Below the pieces are notes generated by a model. It was given only the letters and a program-made list of their open reading frames with translations. It was not told where the DNA came from and did no database searches. A DNA stretch of 20,000 nt from Chrysochromulina tobinii (Eukaryota), in the NCBI GenBank assembly GCA_001275005.1, contig JWZX01003325.1, forward strand, positions 58,217 to 78,216. Reading direction: 5' to 3'. Position 1 is the stretch's first letter; every line of letters begins with the position of its first letter. The position numbers were made by a program, and so were the translations under genes. This document shows positions 10,114 through 18,809 of the stretch, piece after piece.

Positions 10114-11324
10114 ACCAGAGGCAGAGGCAAGCGCGCCACGCCACAGTCGTTGCGTCGGTCACCGCGGCCTCGAAAGTCGAATACACAATTCCGCTTCTTC
10201 TTGTCTTCGAGAGCAAAGGACGCGACGTCGGTCGTTGCGAGGGCTTCCGGACGGGATCTGGTGCGATGCGGTTTCGGCGGCGACCGGCGTGTCGTCGTTA
10301 TCTTATCATGCGTATCTTTGAAATACTTATGTCGTCGTCATCTGTGACGAGGTGACATAAGTCCGGTCGGTCGGCGTTTTACGCGCCGCTGAGCTTATGA
10401 CGCCACGCCACGCCCTGGACCCCATCCGCCTTCTCGACCGCGACGACCACCTAACTCGCTATAGACCCTGGAGAACATATGGAGAACACTCGAGGAGAAC
10501 ACGTGGAACTAACGTGGAACCGGGACGGAAGGCAGCCGGGCCTGGCCGAGAGGCCTCGTTCCGGCATGCGGCAAGCGAACCGTTGCGAACCCCCTTAAAA
10601 CCCCTTGTGCGAACCGTGGCGTGACTGTCCACTGAAGGTACACTGAAGGAGTGAGGTTGTCGTCTACTTGTCGAAATTCGAATTGTGCGCTCTCGCCACA
10701 CTGTCACACAGTGGACATCTGTCTCCTCCAAAAGGTCGAGCTTCCACATGGAGGAGACAGTCTAGAGACAGTTAAGAGACAGTCCTCTTGAGGAGAAGCA
10801 ACCTTCTGGAGGGCACGACGAAACGTCGAGACGAATCGCTGTGGCACGGTCTTGTACACACGTCACGGTGATATCTCAAGAGTGGTAGTAACGTGAAAGC
10901 ATGAACTCGTCGTTCTCCTCACACACTGTATACTCCTCACTCCTGTGCTCTCCAATTTCCAATCACACATGTCTCCAATTCTCCATCTCGCACGCGCACG
11001 CGATCTCCTGCTCTCCTCGTCCTCCGAGCCACAGTTCCCCACAAACGTACAGTGAGCGACAGTTTGTGATCACGCCCCGCCCTGTCAAGACGTTCGCCTT
11101 AACGTTCGCCCACCTTCACCCACCTTCTCGCCGCGCGACCACGGCACATTCTTGGTGCCGAGAGCCACTCAGCCACACACCTGCACGTGTGCACCTCTCT
11201 GGCGCACGCTCACGTCTGCCGTGGGTCTGCCCGTCTGCCGTACGTCTGCCGCGTATCTGCCGCGCACACCACAACTCCACACGACCGCGCTGTAGACCGC
11301 TGTAAAAGCACCGCTGCGTGAAAC

Positions 11325-12116
11325 TCAACGAGGGCGTACCGCATTCAGAGTCCCTCTCATCTTGTACTGACGTGACGCCTCGTCGTAGTGCACACCGATG
11401 TGTGCGGCGTAGCCTCGTCTCGTCGTAGCGTTCTTCTCTGCCCACGCCAGTGCGTCAATGACCGTCTGGGCGTAGAAAATTGCGCGTAGCTCACCCTGCT
11501 CGCCAAAGATGACATGGATGGGGTACGTCGCTACGTGGGCACGCTCTTGGATGGACACGCCGACGGCTTGCTTGCACAGCTCGACGTTAATCAGGTGAAG
11601 CAGACCAACGGATCCGTCAACGAAGGACTTCGTGGCGACCATGCAAAGAGTCGGGGGGATGTCCCAGTCCTTCATCGTTTTCGGATCCTTGGGTACGGCC
11701 ATGAGCAATGTCGTACGTCCACGACCATGTAGCCGGCGCGCTCGGCCAAGCAGGAATGGGGCCGGCTTGTGTGACTCTGCCAGGAAGAGAACAAATCTAT
11801 CCCAGGCCGCAGAGAGCTGCTGGTCATTTGGCATGGGCACATGCAGTCCTGAGCGCAACTCCACATCCGTGGCGTTGTACGTGCAAGTAGCTTGCGAGCT
11901 GACGATATTTTCGGGCTTAGCCGCAATTTCCTCGCCTGTGCCATTGACACGCACACCATAGCGCCAGCGGGATTCGATCCAAGAAATGACTTGCCCATTC
12001 TTGCCGTTCAGGTCGCCACGTGACTGTAACCCAACGAATTGGACATCATCACCTATCCCGTGGGTGCTACTGCCACCCCAATTTAGCGTGAGCAACATCG
12101 GTACAGGTTCAGTCAT
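11325..12116 (-). CDS. Hypothetical protein (~263 aa) with small N-terminal SH3-like beta domain
   Basis: GDDVQFVGLQSRGDLNGKNGQV...RYGVRV...IAAKPENI resembles a motif I recognise from algal/protist proteins. Long ORF in lower-GC DNA with normal amino-acid composition. Start is uncertain. Confidence 0.65.
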   Translation of the reverse strand: MTEPVPMLLTLNWGGSSTHGIGDDVQFVGLQSRGDLNGKNGQVISWIESRWRYGVRVNGTGEEIAAKPENIVSSQATCTYNATDVELRSGLHVPMPNDQQLSAAWDRFVLFLAESHKPAPFLLGRARRLHGRGRTTLLMAVPKDPKTMKDWDIPPTLCMVATKSFVDGSVGLLHLINVELCKQAVGVSIQERAHVATYPIHVIFGEQGELRAIFYAQTVIDALAWAEKNATTRRGYAAHIGVHYDEASRQYKMRGTLNAVRPR

Positions 12117-12404
12117 GATGATGTCGCAGCCGAAGTGCACGTTGGGGTGGGGGCAACCTTTCTTCTCGCCTCGACCGCCGCGTGCGGCCCCAAACTCTGC
12201 ACAGAACGCGCGTGTGGAGACTTTTTTTCGGAGCCTCCGCGTCGAGAAAAAGGAGAAAACCGGCGGAATGCATGCAATTTGATTGTTTACGTTCGTGCTT
12301 TGCGACATTTCTCCCTCCAGCAAAAACTCCTGCGGAAGGAAGATCCCAAGCCCCTGACATGCCCCCATGCATGCGTACCCGCGAGGCCGCTGCGCGCGCC
12401 GCGC

Positions 12405-14306
12405 TCACATGCCAAACGCATCCAAAAAGTCGTCCGCCGTCGCGTTGCCGCCGTGCACGTCGACCTCGGACGCGTCAAACTTGTGCATGCCGCCCGCCAC
12501 CTTGATGCCCGAGGCCTCGAGCTCCTGCATCCTTGCGATTCTCGCGTCCTCCTCCTTCTCCTTCTCCTTCGCCTTCTTGGCGTTTTCCTCGATCTTCTTC
12601 TTCATCTCCGCCGCCTCCTGCTCCTTGAGAGCCTTGAGGTCGAATTCCGGCGCTGTCTCGGGCGCTGCCGGTTCGGCAGCAGGCGCTGTCTCGGGCGCTG
12701 CCGGTTCGGCAGCAGGCGCTGTCTCGGGCGCTGCCGGTTCGGCAGCAGGCGCTGTCTCGGGCGCTGCCGGTTTGGCAGCAGGCTCGCTCGTGGCCGAGGT
12801 TACGGAGTCCGCATCGGCATGCCAGAGGACGCCATGGCCACCCACCTGCGTCTCAAGCAATCAGAATGCAATCAGAATGCAAACGGAATGCAATCAGAAT
12901 GCAATCAGAATGCAATCGCCCACCTGCGTCTCAAAGCAGCTGAAGCCCTGAGCCTCGAGTCGGGACCGAGCCCGTGCAGTCGCGGCGGTTACAGCCTCGC
13001 TTAGGGGCACGTGTGCGTGCCCGAGCACCGTGAACGCGCAACCTCCGCCGCCTGCACCCGTCAGCTTGGTCGGCAAACCTTCCTCGCGCGTGATCGAGAC
13101 GACTTGGTCGAGGGCCGCATGGCCCACCCCGAGCGCACAGAGCAGATGGTGGTTCATGCTCACGAGCTGTCCGATCGTAGCGAGCTCGCCCGCGTCGTCG
13201 CTTGGTTCGACAGTCGGCTCTTTCCCCACAGTCGGCTCTTTCCCCACAGTCGGCTCTTTCCCCACAGTCGGGTCGGCGGCGCTCTCGGCGGCAGCGCCGC
13301 CAGTTGTTCTCGTGAGCGCGAGGAATCCATCGGCGATGGTTCCGATCGCTTCAAACATGAGCTTTGTTGCGGCTGGATGGGCTTCGTGCAAAGTACGCAC
13401 ACCACCGACAAGCGCCCGCGTCGAGCGCGGCACTTTTGTGTTCGTGATGAGCACACGCAGCCTGGGCATGGTCGGGACGGGATCGAAGCGCTTCGCCTGC
13501 CCGTCGCGCACGTGGCGAATCGCATCGCCCGCGCACGACACCTGATTATCGAGCCCACTAGGCGTGCCGTGAAGGATGCACTCGGCGGCGTACGCCCATC
13601 CATTGATCAAGGCCTTCGCCGCCTCGCCCGGGCAGACTGCCGGTCGGTCCGCGGACTGGACGCGCAGCGACACTCGCGTGCCGTCCAGCAAGGAGGGGCC
13701 GCCGGCACCACCGGCCTTCTCGCCGCTGCCAAAGAGGCGCAGCCGCAGCTGGAGCAGCGCCGCCGCCAGCGCCACGCTGAACGCGGCGCTCGAGCCAAGG
13801 CCAGCGCCCAGTGGCAGAGCCGCGCTGCTTACGCGGATGCGCAGGCCCGTGTAGGCGTTGACGGGCGCATTGGACACGCCCACCACCGCGGCTTCGAAGA
13901 GCTCGGGCAGCAAAGCACGGCTCAAGAAGAGCAGCGGCACGAGGGCAGCACGGTCGGCTGACGGCACGGAGGAGAGCGCGCTCTGCAGGATGGCGATGTA
14001 CGCCTCCGTTGGCGGCGCCGGCTCGCGCCAGCCTTTGATAGCTCCCGAAGCATTCGAAAGCGCCGCAACCAGTGACGCAATAGAGGCACGCAGCTCGATG
14101 CACGCGTTGCCACCAGCCTCGGAAGCGGCAGCGCTCGGCAGGTCATCGAGTGACGCCGAAAGCTCGCCGTCACGCGTCGCCTCCGCGTGCACCGTGACGC
14201 GCAGCATCGAGAGCGCGGCCGCCACGGCCGCATACCCGTACACGACCGAATGCTCGCCAAACAGGATGAGCTTGCCCGGAGCACTCGCCTCGACGTGCAT
14301 CTCCAT
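12405..14306 (-). CDS. MVK: Mevalonate kinase with C-terminal extension; exons 14306-12924 and 12845-12405
   Basis: [51 protein letters not shown]. Splicing restores the terminal [10 protein letters not shown] motif. Confidence 0.93.
12648..12785 (-). repeat. Coding 33-bp tandem repeat, ([11 protein letters not shown]) x ~4
   Basis: Near-identical GGCGCTGTCTCGGGCGCTGCCGGTTCGGCAGCA units on the + strand. Confidence 0.93.
12846..12923 (-). other. GT-AG intron (78 nt) made of an 11-bp tandem repeat, with perfect 16-bp junction direct repeat
   Basis: (GCAATCAGAAT) x ~5.5 lies between two copies of CCCACCTGCGTCTCAA at 12841-12856 and 12919-12934. Retention gives an in-frame stop. Confidence 0.9.
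13210..13271 (-). repeat. Coding 18-bp tandem repeat, (PTVGKE) x ~3.4, inside MVK
   Basis: Identical ACAGTCGGCTCTTTCCCC units. Confidence 0.93.
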
Positions 14307-14439
14307 TGCCAAAGTGTGCGCGCGATCTTGGGTGTCGAACAATTTCGTGAATTTCGTTACATACCGTGTTAACCGGCCGCCCTCCGCCTGCGTCGCAAAA
14401 TCGCGTTACCGAATTCCCGCCCGTGCAGACGTGCAGAAA

Positions 14440-15694
14440 ATGCTGATTTCGTGCGCTGCTCTGCCCACACGGATACCGGCGGCCAAGCGGCTGCCACAGG
14501 CGCGCGCGGACGACCCGCAGGCAGCGCTCTCGCTTGCGGTGATGCGACTTCGCGCGCTGCCCGCGTGGGGCGTCGACTCGGACATTGAGCAGCTCTGCCG
14601 GCAGGCCCCGCCCTTTGGCATCGCCGACGCCCCAGACCGCATCCACAGTGCGTTGTGGAGTGTGCCAGAGGAGCGGAATGCGTCCATGGCGCTCCGGAAC
14701 AACACCTCGCCGGGATCGGCTGCGCGCGCGTGCGTGCAACTCGGCCACGTCATCCACCGCGTCACCGGCCGGCCGCGCCGAACCGCCTTCAGCACGTGCG
14801 CCGTGGTCGGCTCGAGCGGCGGCTTGAAGGGCAGCCGCCAGGGCGAGCTGATCGACGCGCACGATGCCGTGGTGCGTTTCAACACCGCACCCACCGGCGG
14901 CCAGTACGCCGCCGACGTGGGCAACCGTACGAGCCTGTGGGTGGCCTCGCACGTGCCGTGGCGCTCACAGCTACGGACCCGTGTGGGCTTGGCATCTGAG
15001 GAGGAGGCGGCGCTGTACTGCTTCAACCCGTGGCTGGGCACGTGCTTCAACGAGGCGCTCAGCGGGCGCGCGCGCGATGCGCGCGGCCGCCCAAGCACGC
15101 CGCTGCTCGTCAGTCCCCTCGTGACGTCTGCGATGATGGCGATCCAGGTATGTTGATTGCCACTGATGACCTTCCCTTGCATGCAAGTGCTCACCACGGC
15201 GCGAGTCGGAGGAGCAGGTACATTGATTGCCACTGATGACCTTCCCTTGCATGCAAGTGCTCACCACAGCGATGGCGGCGATCCAGGTGTCATTGGGCGG
15301 AAAGTCATCGGGGCCGGTTCGCCCGAGTACGGGGCTCATCGGCGTGGGGCTCGCGCTCGCGATGTGCGCGCGCGTCTCGCTCTACGGCTTTGCCAATGTC
15401 AGTGAGCCCTCCGCCATGAAGCTGTGCAACCACTACTACGACTGCCGGTTCAACCAGTCGCGCTACCAGTCGGGCAAGATGGGGTACCACGACTGGAAAG
15501 GGCAGTGGCTTGTGCTGTCCGCGCTCGTCGAGCTGGGCGCGTTGCGGTACGAGCCGCCCCGCGGACCGCTCGACGGGAGCAGCGCCGGCGACTACGTGCC
15601 GCACTCGCCGCCACCCAAGCGGGTACGGGGCGGACGCGCGGGCTCGGGCGGGGCCCTGAAGAAGGGCAGCCGACAGGCCCTGGACACGGCTTGA
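14440..15694 (+). CDS. GT29 sialyltransferase-like protein; exons 14440-15147 and 15287-15694 (~371 aa)
   Basis: Sialylmotif [33 protein letters not shown]...DVGNRT; motif [24 protein letters not shown]; motif III HYYD; VS-like HDWKGQ. Confidence 0.9.
15148..15286 (+). other. GT-AG intron (139 nt) built of two tandem GT..AG units (70 + 69 nt)
   Basis: Phase-0 CAG|GTATG ... CAG|GTG joins the motif L and motif S frames. Internal CAG|GTAC at 15217/15218. Confidence 0.88.
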
Positions 15695-15797
15695 GCTTTG
15701 AGGGGCCCGTACATCGCCCGCACGCGCACGCGTAGCTTTGGAGTGGGCTATTCTGCGGTTGACCTTTTCGCTATGAAATTGGTGAACCAAACAACCA

Positions 15798-16433
15798 ATG
15801 TCGGCCCTCTTCGTCGTCGCCTCAACACTCATCGCGGGCCTCACCATCCAGCCGCTCGACCGCCGCACACTCTTGCACGGCGTGAGCCGAGCTTCTGCCG
15901 CAGCTGCCGCTGTTGCCATTCTGCCGCCGGTGATCGCCGAAGAGCAATTCGTGGCCAAAAGGGCACGGGACGCTACCGAGCTGAAGGGCTCGGGTGGCCT
16001 TTCGTCGTACAATGAACTGAAGCTTACCAACGCGTTGAAGGAGCTGGCTGGTGCACCAGTCGCTGCAGATATCAAGCCGTCGGTGGACGTCATATCCGGC
16101 GCACTGCCGCTCATCACCCAGAACAAGGTGCCCGACGGCGCCAAAATTTCACAAGCCGCCGACGCGCTCGCAAACCTCGTGCTCACCGGAGATCTGCAGA
16201 CCCAGGCTGCATCACTTGTCAAGAAGAGCGCCGACATACGCGCGGCAATAGTGAAGGCGGATGCCAACGCCGCAGCGATCGCGGCGACGGCGTTCGTGGA
16301 CGAGCTCGTCGAGTTCTGCTACAGCTACGAAGGGGCTGAGAAACCACTGGCCGAGCTGCGCATGGGCGTGCCCCCCGTCTTCGACGCCGAGCGCAAGAAG
16401 ATTGACCTTCCCGTTTCGGGAAGGACCCTCTGA
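15798..16433 (+). CDS. Predicted plastid thylakoid-lumen protein (signal peptide plus Tat signal), helical mature part
   Basis: Hydrophobic N-terminus, then RRTLL, an Ala-rich hydrophobic stretch and a VIA-E cleavage-like site. The mature region is amphipathic and Ala/Leu-rich. Confidence 0.75.
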   Translation: MSALFVVASTLIAGLTIQPLDRRTLLHGVSRASAAAAAVAILPPVIAEEQFVAKRARDATELKGSGGLSSYNELKLTNALKELAGAPVAADIKPSVDVISGALPLITQNKVPDGAKISQAADALANLVLTGDLQTQAASLVKKSADIRAAIVKADANAAAIAATAFVDELVEFCYSYEGAEKPLAELRMGVPPVFDAERKKIDLPVSGRTL

Positions 16434-16885
16434 CGCAAGAGCTGAGCACGATGACGCGGCTTGATGGCATGATGAGAGACACATGAAGCAATTGGACATG
16501 GGCACACAGGATGGTCATGCGTGGGGGTGCCTTATTAGTGGAACATAATCCACGAGGTCTTGAACATAAAGTATTCGCCGTTACGCAACTCAGGGCACCG
16601 CAGCGCAGCGACCGTATATTACTACTCGTATCTCGTTCGTCGTTCCGTTCTATTACTCCTCCACAGTGCACAGAGGGGTCCGAAACTGTGGTCCAGACTG
16701 GTGGTGGCTGGACGTGCGAAGCTCTCCTGTGTCGCGCGTCGGCGGCGGAGCGTCAGCGAGTCAGGAGCGGGGCTCTTTTCTAGGGGTTGTGATTGGTTGT
16801 GATGTGAATGTGAATGATTGGGTGTGAATGTGAATGAAGCCCCACCTAGCCCGCGTGCCCGTGCAGCGTGCCCGCCCGTGCGACG

Positions 16886-18087
16886 ATGAGTTTTGCGGGG
16901 ACTAAGCGCGGCTGCGACGACACGACACTCGTGGCGGCACCGTCCGAGAAGCGCGCGAATCCTGGTGGCGGCGCGCTCGTCGCAGCGGGTGCGGAGGGCG
17001 GGGCGCTCATTGCCGCCGGGCCGGCGCGCACGAGCGACCTCCTCGCGCCCATCATGCTGCTGACGGGCCACGCGGGTGCGGTGCTGTCATGCAAGTTCAG
17101 TCCTGACGGGCAGCACGTGGCTCTCGGGCTCGTCAAGACAAGATGCTGCTGCTTTGGGACACATATGGCGAGTGCGATAACACCATGAACTTCAAAGGCC
17201 ATTCCAACGCCGTCCTCGAGGTTCACTGGGCGTCGGACGGCGAGACTGCCTTCAGCTGCTCCGCCGACAAGACGGGAGCGCTCTGGGACGCGAAGACGGG
17301 CGCGCGCATCCGTCAGTTCAGGGGCCACACGGCGGTGGTCAACTCGCTCTGCCCGTCGCGCGACTCGTCGGTGCTCGCGACAGCCTCGGACGACCGCAGC
17401 GCGCGCGTGTGGGATGCGCGCGTTCGCACCTGCCAGCACACGATCACGCACCCGTACGCAGTGACGGCGACGTGCGTGTCGCACGACGGGATGGCGCTCT
17501 TCACCGGCAGCCTCGACGGGCGTGTGCGCTGGTATGACCTGCGCCGCCCCGGATCCGTGCAGCACGAGCTGAACGGGCATGCGGACATCGTGAGCGGCCT
17601 GAGCCTGTCTCACGACGGCCAGTCACTACTCTCAAATGCGATGGATAATGTGGTGCGCTGCTGGGACGTGAAGCCGTACGCGACCGCCGATCGGTGCACG
17701 AAGCACTTTCTCGGCGCCTCGCACAATTACGAGAAGGGCCTTCTGAGGCCGAGCTGGAGTGTGAACGGTTCACAGGTGGCCGCGGGCTCGGCGGACCATT
17801 TCGTCTATGTGTGGGACGTGGGCACGCGCCGCATCTCGTACGTCTGATGGCCTCTCGTCGGCCTCTGAGCGCCTCTGAGTGCCTCTGATGGCCTCTGATG
17901 ACCTCTGATGACCTCTGATGACCTCTGATGGCCTCTAATGACCTCTGATGACCTCCCTCATCTCAGGTACAAGCTGCCCGGGCACACGGGCTCCGTGAAC
18001 GAGGTTGGCTTCCATCCGACCCAGCCCATCCTTTGCTCGTGTGGGAATGATCGGCAGATCTTTCTGGGCGAGATCCGGCCGACTTGA
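16886..18087 (+). CDS. SNRNP40: U5 snRNP 40 kDa WD40 protein; apparent frameshift near 17121-17136; exons 16886-17837 and 17967-18087
   Basis: APIMLLTGH..VLSCKFSPDG, LLLWDTYGECDN..KGH, HNYEKGLL, AAGSADHFVYVWD. The hand-translated last exon YKLPGHTGSVNEVGFHPTQPILCSCGNDRQIFLGEI matches the SNRNP40 C-terminus. Confidence 0.9.
17838..17966 (+). other. GT-AG intron (129 nt) made of 10-bp (G/A)CCTCTGATG repeats
   Basis: TC|GTACGT ... CATCTCAG|GTACAAG restores RRISYKLPGH. Confidence 0.92.
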
Positions 18088-18809
18088 GGCGCCCGATGCG
18101 CAGAGCGACGCCTCTTGACGGACGATCATTGCACGGCTATACAACGCTTCGATAGACCTGAGAGAGATACCCTGTACCTCCCTATAGCCTCCCTAACCAC
18201 CACATCTCCACATGTGAGATGGCGACTCGATGGCGACCCCCCGAGGCGAACCAGGCGTCCGGCCCGTTCGGGTATTTCCGTTAGATTGTTCTTTGAGGGC
18301 CCCGGCCGCACCGTCGCAGTGTAGAGTCGAGTGTTCGAGTTTGCCGTTATGAGGACCGGCCCGCCGTCGGGTTTCGGACACGGGAGGTAGAGTGTTCAGC
18401 GCCGATTGCGACGCACCCGACGCCGACGAGAGTTTGCGGCATCCGCGCCGCCGCGTCCGCGCAAGCGGGAATGATTCAAGCGCGCATCCGCTCCGCGCCG
18501 AGACCGCCGACGTTTCTCGACGTCCGCGCATAAATAAGCAAAAGTGAAAAGACGCCGGCCGGCGGGTGGGGCGTCAGGGGGCGCCTCAGGAGAAGGCGCG
18601 GGAGGTGCGTGGCGTGTGGGCCGCCGCGGCGCGTCCCGCAGGAGCGGCGCTTGGCGCGCTGCCAAGCGCTGTGCTTAAGCGCTGCTGCCGCCGGGTGCGG
18701 GTTCGGTTCCGACCCTTGACGCCGTCTACTATACGCTTGAGCTTTACTGCAACATCTCATTGGTTTTCAACATGTCTAGGTACCTTGTTCGGTGTCTTTT
18801 TACGGGTGC

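Noticed and set aside
13011..14439. Plus-strand ORFs over MVK, including the N-terminal 194 aa of ORF 13858..15156
   Set aside because: Antisense to a well-supported MVK; the GT29 frame is better started at ATG 14440.
15262..15270. Alternative acceptor CACCACAG|C in the GT29 intron
   Set aside because: Out of frame with the phase-0 donor at 15148 and would lose sialylmotif S.
12405..15694. MVK plus GT29 as a biosynthetic gene cluster
   Set aside because: No shared pathway; other neighbours are functionally unrelated, and adjacency is expected in a compact genome.
2887..18337. Shared 13-mer AGTCGAGTGTTCG at 2887 and 18325, and 14-mer CACGCCCTGGACCC at 4443 and 10409
   Set aside because: A few matches of this length are expected by chance in 20 kb, and they do not extend convincingly.
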